DNA of 64,000 nucleotides from an uncultured delta proteobacterium (GTDB taxonomy: Bacteria > Myxococcota_A > Polyangia > Palsa-1104). The notes under the pieces were generated by a model. It saw only the letters and a list, made by a program, of their open reading frames with translations. It did not search any database and was not told where the DNA came from. Every line of letters starts with the position of its first letter. The first letter of the stretch is position 1. Shown here piece by piece: positions 10,146 through 19,198 of this stretch. The position numbers and the translations under genes are program-made. The stretch covers positions 32,001 to 96,000 of the forward strand of contig CAWAWS010000003.1 of NCBI GenBank assembly GCA_963785725.1. Direction: 5' to 3'.

Positions 10146-11182
10146 CCGGCGCGCATCGCCGCGGCGAGTTCGTCAGCGAGCTGGTCGCCACCGGCTACGC
10201 CTACCCGCGCACGATCGTCGACAACGAGGAGTTCTTCGCGCGCTGCCGCTTCCCCATCGCCGACGGCGCCGGCGGTCGCGCCACGCTCGTGGCCGACACG
10301 CGCATGAAGACGCGACGCTGGTGCGGCCCGGGCGAAAACACCTGGACGATGGCGCAGGAAGCGGTGGCGATGGCGATGACCGAGAGCCCGCTGCCGGCGA
10401 GCGAGATCGATCTGGTCATCGTCTCCTCGTGCTCGACGATCCCGATGGTCAACGTGCCCAACGCCGACAATCCGGTCATGGCCGACCTGGCGCCGCTGGT
10501 GCTGGCGCAGCTCGGCCGCGACGACGGCGTCGCCATCGACCTGAAGGCCGGCTATTGCGCCGGCTTCTTGCGCAGCCTGGAGGTGATGGACGCCATGCTG
10601 CAAACGGGCGCCTATCGCGCCGGGCTCGTCGTTGCCAGCGACGAAGGCGGCCGCTTCGCCACCGCCGAGAGCAACCGCTCGGCGTTCTGCTTCATCGTCG
10701 GTGACGCCGCCGGCGCCGTCGTCATGAAGCCGCGGCCGCGCAGCACCGTCGGCAGCGGCGGCCTCGGCCTCGTCGACTGCCTGACGCGCACGGTGCCGAG
10801 CTGCGCCGACTTGACCGGCTGGGGCGCCGACGGCCGCTCGCTCTACGTCAAAGGCGCGCGCGCCGGCGCCACCGGCCTCGCCCTCCTGCTCGACGCCGGC
10901 CGCGAATTGCTCGCGCGCAACCACATGAGCGGCGCCGACGTCGATTGGCTCTTACCGGCGCAGACCCACGTCGCCACCGTCGAGGCGCTGTGCGACGGCC
11001 TCGACGTGCCGCGCGCCAAGCTGTGCTGGTCGGGCGACGTCACCGGCTACTCGGCCAGCGCCAGCATCGCCGCCAGCCTCGGCGAACGCCGCCGATCGGG
11101 CGCGCTGCACAAAGGCGACCTCGTCCTCTCGCTCGCGGTCGGCGCCGGGATGAACGTCGCCGCCGCTTTGTACTTTTGTTGA
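10142..11182 (+). CDS. Second FabH-like protein with a degenerate His/Asn
   Basis: GTGA overlap; YCAGF (Cys kept), GDAAGA, LPAQTH (His to Ala), GYSASAS (Asn to Tyr), GDLVLSLAVGAG. Confidence 0.85.
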   Translation: MTGAHRRGEFVSELVATGYAYPRTIVDNEEFFARCRFPIADGAGGRATLVADTRMKTRRWCGPGENTWTMAQEAVAMAMTESPLPASEIDLVIVSSCSTIPMVNVPNADNPVMADLAPLVLAQLGRDDGVAIDLKAGYCAGFLRSLEVMDAMLQTGAYRAGLVVASDEGGRFATAESNRSAFCFIVGDAAGAVVMKPRPRSTVGSGGLGLVDCLTRTVPSCADLTGWGADGRSLYVKGARAGATGLALLLDAGRELLARNHMSGADVDWLLPAQTHVATVEALCDGLDVPRAKLCWSGDVTGYSASASIAASLGERRRSGALHKGDLVLSLAVGAGMNVAAALYFC

Positions 11183-11192
11183 CGGCTTGCTC

Positions 11193-11936
11193 ATGGAGGC
11201 GCGCGTGGGACTGCTGGCGGAAAAAGTAGTCGTGGTGACGGGAGCGACGTCGGGCATCGGCGCCGAGCTGTCGCGTCGGCTCTATCACGAAGGCGCGACC
11301 GTCATCGGCGTCGGCCGCCGCGCCGACACGCTCGCCGCCGAGGAGACGCGCGGTGAAGGCCGCTTCATCGGCATCGCGACCAACCTCGCCGATCCCGAAG
11401 CGCGCCCGCTGGCGATCGAGTCGATCGCGCAATATGCGCCGCGCATCGACCTCTTGGTCAACAACGCGGGCGAGACCAGCTACGAGACGCCGCTCGAGCT
11501 CGGTTACGAGCGCTGGCGGCAGCTGTGGGAAGTGAACCTGCACGCGGCCATCGAGCTGTCGTTGGCGCTGGCGCCGCGGATTCAGCCGGGCGGCAGCCTC
11601 ATCAATGTCTCGTCGATCACGGCGCGCATGCCGCCCAACGTGCGCTTCGCGGCCTACGCGGCCACCAAAGGCGCGCTCGATCGCGTGACCGAAGCGCTGC
11701 GGCTCGAGCTCGATCCGCGTCAGGTGCGCGTCTCGTCGATCGCGCCCGGGCTCGTCGACACGCCGATCTACGACAAGCTGGCCGGCTTCGCCGAGACGCG
11801 CGCGAAGATCATGCGGCAAGTGCCGCGCTGGCTCTCGCCGGGCGACGTCGCCGACGCGATCGTGTGGATGGCGTCGCGGCCGGCGCACGTCGTCATCAGC
11901 GAGCTGGTGATCTTGCCGTCGGGCCAAGGACGATGA
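11193..11936 (+). CDS. SDR oxidoreductase (YdfG/FabG-like)
   Basis: TGATSGIG, LVNNAG, YAATK; alternative start GTG at 11205 after GGAGG. Confidence 0.9.
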   Translation: MEARVGLLAEKVVVVTGATSGIGAELSRRLYHEGATVIGVGRRADTLAAEETRGEGRFIGIATNLADPEARPLAIESIAQYAPRIDLLVNNAGETSYETPLELGYERWRQLWEVNLHAAIELSLALAPRIQPGGSLINVSSITARMPPNVRFAAYAATKGALDRVTEALRLELDPRQVRVSSIAPGLVDTPIYDKLAGFAETRAKIMRQVPRWLSPGDVADAIVWMASRPAHVVISELVILPSGQGR

Positions 11937-12415
11937 CGGACCCGCTCATGGACGCCGAGCTGCAGCAAAAGTCGGAGCGCTATCTCGACGAGCTGTTCGG
12001 TCCCGGCGCCGGCGCGCGTCACAGCCGCTTCTTGCAGCAGCTCGAGAACGAGGGATTGCGTACAGAGATCCATCGTTATCACGCGCTGCAGGCCGATCAG
12101 TCGCAGCTCTCGGTGGGCGAGCATTACTTGATCGCGCTCTGTGTCTTGTGCGCGCTCAGGTCGTACGGCACGGCGCAGATGTTCGCCAAGACGCTGCGTC
12201 ATCTCGGCGTCTCGCGCGGCAAGATCCTGGCGGCGTTGGCGCGGCTGTCGATGTGGACGGGCGGCATTCCGGCGGTCGAGGCCACGCTGGCGATGACGCG
12301 GGCGCTCGACGAGTACGATCGCCTGGGCGCGGCGTCGCTGGCCGCGTGGTTTCCCGACGAAAACGGCGTCGGCCAAGCGCCGCGGCCGCGTCAGCCGGAG
12401 CCGCGTCATGGCTGA
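11933..12415 (+). CDS. Carboxymuconolactone decarboxylase (CMD)-fold-like protein
   Basis: ATGA overlap; helical pattern LSVGEHYLIALCVLCAL...LGVSRGKILAAL..LSMWTGGIPA resembles the CMD family; no CxxC. Confidence 0.6.
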   Translation: MTDPLMDAELQQKSERYLDELFGPGAGARHSRFLQQLENEGLRTEIHRYHALQADQSQLSVGEHYLIALCVLCALRSYGTAQMFAKTLRHLGVSRGKILAALARLSMWTGGIPAVEATLAMTRALDEYDRLGAASLAAWFPDENGVGQAPRPRQPEPRHG

Positions 12416-13223
12416 TCGGCCGGTCGATCGTCCGCTCGATCGTCCGCCGCTGCTCGCCGGCGCGCGCGGCGTCGTCATCGGCGTCTCCAGCGAGCGCAGC
12501 ATCGGCTACGCCTGCGCGGCCACGGCGCGCGCGCTCGGCGCCGAGGTCGCCATCACCTATCGCCCGGCGCGCTGGCGCGACGGCGCGCGGCTGGCCGAGC
12601 AGCTCGGCGCCAGCTTGCACGCGCCGCTCGAAGCCGGCGACGACGCGACGATCGACGAAGCCTTCGCCGCGCTCGAGCAGGCGTTCGGTCGGCTCGACTT
12701 CGTCGTCCACACGCTCATGCATGTGCCGTCGGAGCTGCTCGAGCGGCCGCTGACGGCGCTGTCGCGCGACGATTTTGCCCGCGTGCTCGACGTCGGCGTG
12801 CATTCGCTGTTGCGGCTGTGCCGGCACGCGCGGCCGCTGCTCATGCGCTCCCAAGCGCCGCGCGTCGTCACCATCAGCTCGCCCTGCAGCCAGCGCGCGA
12901 CGCCGCACTATCACGTCGCCGGCATCGCCAAAGCGGCGCTCGAGTCGGCGCTCATCTACCTCGCGCAGGAGCTCGGTCCGGCCGGCATCTTGTGCAACGC
13001 CGTGAGCCCGGCGCTGCTCGCCACCGACGGCGCGCTGGCCGTCGTCGGCGCCGACGCTGCGGCCGCGACCCGCGCGCACCTCGGCAAGCGCGCGGCGACG
13101 CGCCGGCCCACCGAGCTCGACGACGTCGCCGATTGCGTCGCCTGGCTGTGCAGCCCGATGGCGCGACAAGTGACCGGCGAAGTCATCACCATCGATGGCG
13201 GCTATTCACGCAGCTATTTCTGA
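12408..13223 (+). CDS. fabI: Enoyl-(ACP/CoA) reductase, FabI-like
   Basis: GVSSERSIGY, YHVAGIAKAALE (Y-x6-K), VTGEVITIDGG. Confidence 0.85.
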   Translation: MADRPVDRPLDRPPLLAGARGVVIGVSSERSIGYACAATARALGAEVAITYRPARWRDGARLAEQLGASLHAPLEAGDDATIDEAFAALEQAFGRLDFVVHTLMHVPSELLERPLTALSRDDFARVLDVGVHSLLRLCRHARPLLMRSQAPRVVTISSPCSQRATPHYHVAGIAKAALESALIYLAQELGPAGILCNAVSPALLATDGALAVVGADAAAATRAHLGKRAATRRPTELDDVADCVAWLCSPMARQVTGEVITIDGGYSRSYF

Positions 13224-13247
13224 CGCGGCAGCCTTGGGGGAGAGCGA

Positions 13248-14726
13248 ATGAGCCTTGCGGCAACGAGCAACAGCAATAGCGAGAATACGTCCACCTATCG
13301 ACTGCCGAAGAAAGCGGGCGGGCTGCAATTGGGCGCGCGCCTCGGCGAATTCGCGGACTTCTTGCGCGGCAACACCAACCTCGATCCCGAGCTGCGCCGC
13401 GCCCAAGCCGACGTCATGATCGCCCGCGCGCAAGTGCTCATCTGGATCTCGGTGTTCGTCATGCCGAGCTGCATTCTGTCGTATGTCTTCTTCAATCGCG
13501 CCGATCGCCTGATGCTGGCGGCGACGATCGTCGGCGCCGCCATCGTCGCCGTGCTGCTCCTCGCCGTCGTCATTCGCGGCGGCCTTTTTCGCGGCCGCGA
13601 GCAGCTGGCGATGCTCATCCTCGTCGGCGGCGTGTTCGGGCCGACGGGCGCGCTCATCACCGTCGTCTCGCCCGGCAACAGCGGCAACTTCTTCTTCTCG
13701 TTCTTTCTCATTTACTTCGCCTTCACCGCGCTCTTTCCCGCCGACGTCAAATGGGTCTTGGCGACTTCGATGGCGCTCATTGCCAGCTATTTGGGTGCCA
13801 ATGCTTTGCAACAAGGGACTTTGCATTTCTCGGGGGAGCTGACGAACAACCTCATTTACTTGGCGGAGCTGACGTTCATCGGCGTCGTGCTCAATCGCGT
13901 CTTGTGTCGCCTGTTCTTCGACGAGCGGCGCGCGCAGCAGGAGTTACGCGGCGCCCGCGACGCGCTGTTCTCGGAGATGGAAGTCGCGCAAGAGATTCAG
14001 ACGCTCTTGTTGCCGAAGAATCCGCAAGTGGAAGGCAATGTCGTCAGCGGCTTGATGGTGCCGGCGACCGAGGTCGGCGGCGATTATTACGACGTCATCG
14101 TCTCCAATAACGGCCGCACCTTCATCGCCATTGGCGACGTTTCGGGCCACGGCGTCACTTCGGGATTAACGATGATGATGGCGCGCGCGAGCTTATTGGG
14201 CGCGCTCGAAGCCAGCCCGACTGCGTCGCTCGAATCGCTGTATCAAATATTGAATCGCTGCCTGCGCCAGAACTTGGAGCGCATGGAGCTGAGCCTGTAT
14301 ATGACCTTCGCGCTGTTCGAGCACCTCGGCGAAGGGCGCTTTCGCGGCGTCGGCCGCCACTTGCCGGCGCTGATCTATCGGCACGCGCTCGACAAAGTGG
14401 AAGAGATCGATCTCGACGGCATTTGGCTCGGCATTTTACCCGACGTCACCGCCGATCAATTGCCGGCGGCGACCATTCAATTGGCGCCCGGCGATCTGCT
14501 GTTCCTTTATACCGACGGCATCGTCGAGCACGAAGGGCCGGGCGGCATGTTCGGCTTCGAGCGGCTGAAGACGCTGATTCAACTGGCCGCGCGCGACGGC
14601 GCCGCCGAGCTCATCGCCAAAGTCATGCGCGAGCTGAACGCTTACTCGGGCAAGCAAGAAGACGACGTCACCATGCTCGCCGTCAATCACACCGGCCAGC
14701 GCCATTCGCCACGCGCGAGCGCTTAG
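13248..14726 (+). CDS. Membrane-anchored PP2C/SpoIIE Ser/Thr phosphatase (SiaA/RsbU-like)
   Basis: About 6 TM helices, then AQEIQTLLLP, EVGGDYYD, IGDVSGHG, LYTDGIVE, QEDDVT. Confidence 0.95.
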   Translation: MSLAATSNSNSENTSTYRLPKKAGGLQLGARLGEFADFLRGNTNLDPELRRAQADVMIARAQVLIWISVFVMPSCILSYVFFNRADRLMLAATIVGAAIVAVLLLAVVIRGGLFRGREQLAMLILVGGVFGPTGALITVVSPGNSGNFFFSFFLIYFAFTALFPADVKWVLATSMALIASYLGANALQQGTLHFSGELTNNLIYLAELTFIGVVLNRVLCRLFFDERRAQQELRGARDALFSEMEVAQEIQTLLLPKNPQVEGNVVSGLMVPATEVGGDYYDVIVSNNGRTFIAIGDVSGHGVTSGLTMMMARASLLGALEASPTASLESLYQILNRCLRQNLERMELSLYMTFALFEHLGEGRFRGVGRHLPALIYRHALDKVEEIDLDGIWLGILPDVTADQLPAATIQLAPGDLLFLYTDGIVEHEGPGGMFGFERLKTLIQLAARDGAAELIAKVMRELNAYSGKQEDDVTMLAVNHTGQRHSPRASA

Positions 14727-14759
14727 CGGCCGCTTGGCCGACTCTAAAGGAGAACTGCA

Positions 14760-15122
14760 ATGGACGATTTGAACGCGGGCGATTTGAACATTCAGGTCAT
14801 CAGCAAAGACAACTTATCGGTACAGTTGGTCTTGCGCGGTCGCAGTAACGACCGGCAGCCGACGCGGCTCTTGTCGCCCTATTTCGCGACGGCGGTGGCG
14901 ACGGCCGCGGCCGCGAACGTGCCGCTGGAGTTGCACTTCGAGCAGCTGGAGCACTTCAATTCGTCGACGATTACGGTGCTCATTCAATTGATCCAAGAAG
15001 CGCGCAATAAGGGGATCAAGCTGAGCTTCGTCTATCGACAAGACTTGAAGTGGCAAAAGCTCAGCTTCGATGCGCTCAAAGTATTTACCAAGGATGGTCA
15101 GCTCGAATTGCGGGCCGTTTAA
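14760..15122 (+). CDS. SiaC-like STAS regulatory phosphoprotein
   Basis: AAGGAG RBS; LRGRS...LEHFNSSTITVL resembles the SiaC/DUF1987 (Y/F)N(T/S)SS phosphosite loop. Confidence 0.75.
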   Translation: MDDLNAGDLNIQVISKDNLSVQLVLRGRSNDRQPTRLLSPYFATAVATAAAANVPLELHFEQLEHFNSSTITVLIQLIQEARNKGIKLSFVYRQDLKWQKLSFDALKVFTKDGQLELRAV

Positions 15123-15135
15123 AGGAGATCGCGTC

Positions 15136-15624
15136 ATGTCGAGCTTCAATTTTTCCATCGATCTTCCGGTGCGCAGCGAGTGGAAGAACGTCGACCTCTT
15201 GCGCACGTCGGTACAAAACTGCTTCGTCGCCATCTTCAGCGACCTCGATGGGTGCCATGCCATTTCGATGGTCACCGGCGAGCTCATCGAGAACGCCATC
15301 AAATACGGCCATTGGGACGGCGAGACGCAGTCGTTTCGGCTGCGCGTCTCGGGCGGCGCCGGTCGGGCGACGATCACCGTCGAGAATCCGATCAAAGCCG
15401 GCGACGAAGGCGTGGCCGACCTGTTGCGCACGATCGCCTGGCTGCAGGATTTCCCGTCGGCGGCCGAGGCTTATCGCGCGCGGCTGATGGAGATAGCGGC
15501 GGCGCCGGCCGATTCCGGCGCCAGCCGGCTGGGGCTCGTGCGCGTCGCTTACGAAGGCGGCTGCAAGCTGTACGCGGAGCCGCTCGGCAACACGCTGGCG
15601 GTGTCCGCCGCGATGGAGTTCTGA
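15136..15624 (+). CDS. GHKL Ser/Thr kinase, SiaB/anti-sigma-like (1)
   Basis: AAGGAG RBS; N-box ELIENAIKYG, G-box SRLGLVRVAYEG. Confidence 0.8.
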   Translation: MSSFNFSIDLPVRSEWKNVDLLRTSVQNCFVAIFSDLDGCHAISMVTGELIENAIKYGHWDGETQSFRLRVSGGAGRATITVENPIKAGDEGVADLLRTIAWLQDFPSAAEAYRARLMEIAAAPADSGASRLGLVRVAYEGGCKLYAEPLGNTLAVSAAMEF

Positions 15625-15627
15625 CGC

Positions 15628-16152
15628 ATGAGCCGCAATCAACTGCGCCTCGAGCTGCAGCTCGACGGACAATGGGAGCGCATCGACAGCGTGCGCGAGG
15701 CGGTCGGCCATTCGGTGGCGGCCGCGTTCGGCGACGGCGACCTGCGCGACTCGCTGGCCATGGTCACGGCCGAGCTGCTCGAGAACGCGCTCAAATACGG
15801 CGAGGCCGACGCTGGCGTCGAGCTCACGATCGTGAGCGAGCCGGAGGCGCTCGTCGTCACCGTCGGCAACGCCGTCAAAGAGGACTCGCCGCACATCGTC
15901 GCGCTGCAAAAGCGGCTCGCGTGGCTGCGCGAGTTCGACGATCCGTTCACCGCCTACACGACGGCGCTGGCCGAAGTCTTCGATCGCAAAGGGCCGGACA
16001 GCGTCGACAGCGGGCTCGGCTTCGCGCGCATCGGCTACGAAGGGCGCTGCGTGATCGCGTGCGACACGTCGCGGCCCGGCTTCGTGTCGGTGACGGCGCG
16101 ACGGCAAAAGAGCGAGACCGTCGAGCTGCACGCCGACGCGAGGCTGTCATGA
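15628..16152 (+). CDS. GHKL Ser/Thr kinase, SiaB/anti-sigma-like (2)
   Basis: ELLENALKYG, SGLGFARIGYEG; paralog of the preceding gene. Confidence 0.8.
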   Translation: MSRNQLRLELQLDGQWERIDSVREAVGHSVAAAFGDGDLRDSLAMVTAELLENALKYGEADAGVELTIVSEPEALVVTVGNAVKEDSPHIVALQKRLAWLREFDDPFTAYTTALAEVFDRKGPDSVDSGLGFARIGYEGRCVIACDTSRPGFVSVTARRQKSETVELHADARLS

Positions 16153-16553
16153 CGACGAGCCCGACGCAGCCGCAAGCGGTCAAGCCCGAGGTGCGCGTCT
16201 CGATTGGGCCGACCCAAGAGAACGTCATCACGTTTACGGGTTTGATGCGCGAGGTCGATCCGGGCAGCTGGTTCCTGCCGCTCATCGACGAGGTGCACGG
16301 CAAGCTGCTCGCCGGCCGCATCAACAACGTCGTCGTCGACATTCGCAAGCTGACGTATTCGAACGCCGCCGGCTGGAAGTGCTTCGTCTATTGGATGAAG
16401 AAGATGCAAGAGGACGAGCGGTCGACGTATCGCATGTGCATCTTGTGCGAGGAGACGCTCGGCTGGCAGCAGGTGGGCATGTCGGCGCTGCGCGTGTTCG
16501 GCGGCGAGCGGCTGCAGCTCAAGGTCTACAACGGCGATAAGCGGGTGCGCTGA
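16149..16553 (+). CDS. Second STAS/SiaC-like protein
   Basis: ATGA overlap; ITFTG...VVVDIRKLTYSNAAGWKCFVYW...WQQVGMSAL parallels the first STAS-like gene (WQKLSFDAL). Confidence 0.65.
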   Translation: MTTSPTQPQAVKPEVRVSIGPTQENVITFTGLMREVDPGSWFLPLIDEVHGKLLAGRINNVVVDIRKLTYSNAAGWKCFVYWMKKMQEDERSTYRMCILCEETLGWQQVGMSALRVFGGERLQLKVYNGDKRVR

Positions 16554-16589
16554 CGACTGGGATTCCGCGCGCGACGGCGCGCGGGTTAG

Positions 16590-16850
16590 TTAGCGGACGC
16601 GGGTCTGCAGGCTGTCGACGGCGTGGATCGGCGGCGCGGCGCCGGCCATGAGCGGCGCGATGGCCGCGTACACCAGGCGCTGGCTCTTGAGCATGTTGAG
16701 CCCTTCGAACGCCGCGGCCGTGACGACGATCGTGTAATGCCCATTCCCGCCGTCGACGTCACACTTGGCGCCGGCGATCGCGCCTTCGACGGCCGTGCGA
16801 ATCGCCGCCAAGATGTCGCCCTGGAAGTCGGTGTCGTGCTTGCCCGACAT
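16590..16850 (-). CDS. BolA/IbaG family protein
   Basis: GHYTIVVTAAAFEGLNMLKSQRLVYAAI...IHAV. Confidence 0.9.
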   Translation of the reverse strand: MSGKHDTDFQGDILAAIRTAVEGAIAGAKCDVDGGNGHYTIVVTAAAFEGLNMLKSQRLVYAAIAPLMAGAAPPIHAVDSLQTRVR

Positions 16851-17782
16851 TAGTAGCGCGGCACTTTCGCGTCGACCGTCTGCGACCAGGCGTCGATCCC
16901 GCCTTCGAGGTTGTAGACGTCCTTGAACCCTTCGGCGATGAGCTGCTCGGCCGCGCGCTGGCTACGGCCGCCGTGATGGCAATGCAGCACCACCGTCGCC
17001 GTGCGATCGAGCGCCGCCAGCCGCGCCTGACCGGCGGCGTCGAGCAGCTGCGCGCCGGCGATCGACGCCGTGGCGTGCTCTTCGGGCGTGCGCACGTCGA
17101 ACAGCGCCAGCGTCGCGCCGCTGTCCAGCATGCTCTTGAGCGCCTTGGCCGTCAGCTGCTTGACCCGCGCCGGCTCCTGCGGATTGGCGATCTTGAAGCC
17201 CGCGCCCCGCGCATCCTCCACGAAGTCGATGCTGACGCCGTCGAGCCGCGGCGCGCTCTGCGCATCGACGTGAATCGCCAGCCCCTCCGACGTCACCACG
17301 AAGTCGTTGGGCTGCTTGTCGCCGAAGTAGAGCTCGTACTGGAACTGCGCGTTCGCTTCCATGCGCAGGACCATCCCCGGCGCATCGGCCGCGGCCGACG
17401 AGAACGCCTTGGCCGCCGTCGCCGACAGCGTGATGCTCGGCGCCTTGGCGGGCGCTGCCGGAGCCGGCGCCGCCGCGCCGAACAGCTTCTGCAGCTCGCC
17501 CGACGCGTGCATCGCCTTGACGATGTCGCAGCCGCCGACGAACTCGCCGTCGACGTAGAGCTGCGGGATGGTCGGCCACTGCGAATACTCTTTGATGCCG
17601 TCGCGAATCGCCGGATCGGCGAGCACGTTCACCGTCTCGTACTTCGGAACCAGCGGGTTGAGCAGCGACACGACGGTCGCGGAAAAGCCGCACTGCGGGA
17701 AGCTCTTGCTCCCCTTCATGAAGAGCACGACCTTGTTGTTCTTGATGGTGCGCTCGATCTGCCCGCGAACATTCTCGTCCAT
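16850..17782 (-). CDS. grxD: Monothiol glutaredoxin Grx4 fused to an IscA/HesB-like domain and a rhodanese domain
   Basis: LFMKG..PQCGFS, WPTIPQLY..GEFVGGCDI; middle domain LDGVSIDFVE..GFKIANP; C-terminal DVRTPEE, CHHGGRS, LEGGIDAW. Confidence 0.9.
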   Translation of the reverse strand: MDENVRGQIERTIKNNKVVLFMKGSKSFPQCGFSATVVSLLNPLVPKYETVNVLADPAIRDGIKEYSQWPTIPQLYVDGEFVGGCDIVKAMHASGELQKLFGAAAPAPAAPAKAPSITLSATAAKAFSSAAADAPGMVLRMEANAQFQYELYFGDKQPNDFVVTSEGLAIHVDAQSAPRLDGVSIDFVEDARGAGFKIANPQEPARVKQLTAKALKSMLDSGATLALFDVRTPEEHATASIAGAQLLDAAGQARLAALDRTATVVLHCHHGGRSQRAAEQLIAEGFKDVYNLEGGIDAWSQTVDAKVPRY

Positions 17783-17866
17783 ACGTCTCGCCTCGACTCG
17801 TTTGCCAGGATAACGGCGCTATAGAGGTAGCCACTTCGTGGCCGAGACGCAACCCATCGGTCGGAT

Positions 17867-19126
17867 CTAAGGATGTAATTCGTCTTCGCGCGGCTTGATT
17901 TGGTCGAGCCGGCCCAGCTTCAGCAGCACCGGCCACAAGATCGGCGCCGCCACGACCGCCGCCAGCGTGCCGAAGCCGCCCAGCATGACCGAGCCGATGG
18001 GGCCGAGCAGCGCCGCCGTGACGCCCGACTCGAACTCGCCCAGCTCGTTCGACAGGCCGATGAAGACGTAGTGCACCGCCGAGACGCGGCCGCGCAGCCG
18101 ATCGGGCGTCACCACCTGCTCGAGCGTGCGCCGAATGACGACGCTGAGCGCGTCGAACACGCCGGTCATAAAGAGCAGCGCCATCGACAGCCACAGCGTG
18201 CGCGACAGCCCGAAGCCGAGCACGGCCAGGCCGAAGCCGCCGACGCTGATGAGGAGAACGTGACCCGAGCGACGCCACGGTTTCAAGCGCGTCTGCACCA
18301 GCGCCGTCAGGAGCGAGCCCAGCGACGGCGACGCCTGCAACCAGCCGAGCCCGCGCGGCCCGACGTGCAAGATGTCCTTGGCGAAGATGGGCAAGAGCGC
18401 GTTGACGCCGCCGAGCAGCACGGCGAAGAGGTCGAGCGTGATCGCGGCCAGGAGCTCCTTGGTCTCGAACACGAAGCGCAGGCCGGCCATCAGATCCTTG
18501 CGATCGGGGCGCGGCTTCGGCGCCGACGTCGTCTTCACGACCGGCTCGGGCAGCAGCCACAAGATGAGCGCGAAGGCCGAGGCCGCGACCGCTTCGGCGA
18601 GGAAAATAGGCGTCGCCGAGTGCGTGACGCCGAGCACGAGGCCGGCCAGCGCCGGGCCGACCGTCGCCGAGAGCTGAAACGCCGTCGACGACCAGGCGTT
18701 GACGCGCACGAGCTGCGCCAGCGGCACCATCTGCGGCAAGAGCGCTGACACCGCCGGCGAGTTGAAGGCCGTCGCGATGCCGCTGAAGAAGAGCAGCGCG
18801 TAGATGGTCCAGATCGGCAGGTGAAAGTGGGTGACGAGCGCGAGCCCGAGCGCCGCCGCCGCGCTCATGAGCTGCGTGACGACGCCGACGAGGCGGCGGC
18901 TGCGGCGATCGGCCATGGCGCCGGCGCGCAAGGTCAGGCCGACGACGGGCACGACCTGCACCAGCCCGACGAGCCCGAGCAGCAGCGCCGAGCCGGTGCG
19001 CTCGTACAGCTGCCAGCCGAGCGCCACCGACAGCATCTGCCGGCCCAAGGTGCTGACGAGGCGGCCTAGAATGTACTGCAAGACGCCGGGCAGGCGCAGG
19101 CCGGAGGTCGCTTCAGCGTCGGGCAC
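17867..19126 (-). CDS. MFS transporter (EntS/DHA3-like)
   Basis: About 12 TM; GWQLYERTGS, ADRRSRR, LDLFAVLLGG, TPDRLRGRV. Confidence 0.9.
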   Translation of the reverse strand: MPDAEATSGLRLPGVLQYILGRLVSTLGRQMLSVALGWQLYERTGSALLLGLVGLVQVVPVVGLTLRAGAMADRRSRRLVGVVTQLMSAAAALGLALVTHFHLPIWTIYALLFFSGIATAFNSPAVSALLPQMVPLAQLVRVNAWSSTAFQLSATVGPALAGLVLGVTHSATPIFLAEAVAASAFALILWLLPEPVVKTTSAPKPRPDRKDLMAGLRFVFETKELLAAITLDLFAVLLGGVNALLPIFAKDILHVGPRGLGWLQASPSLGSLLTALVQTRLKPWRRSGHVLLISVGGFGLAVLGFGLSRTLWLSMALLFMTGVFDALSVVIRRTLEQVVTPDRLRGRVSAVHYVFIGLSNELGEFESGVTAALLGPIGSVMLGGFGTLAAVVAAPILWPVLLKLGRLDQIKPREDELHP

Positions 19127-19198
19127 GATTCATCATGGGATAACGACCGGCGGGCTGCAACGCAACCCGACTGCGCGAACGCGAGCTGTCGGCGAAGG

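Noticed and set aside
6043..13223. Housekeeping fatty-acid synthesis operon or type II PKS
   Set aside because: No acpP, fabD, plsX or fabZ, and no chain-length factor or cyclase; the enzymes are divergent
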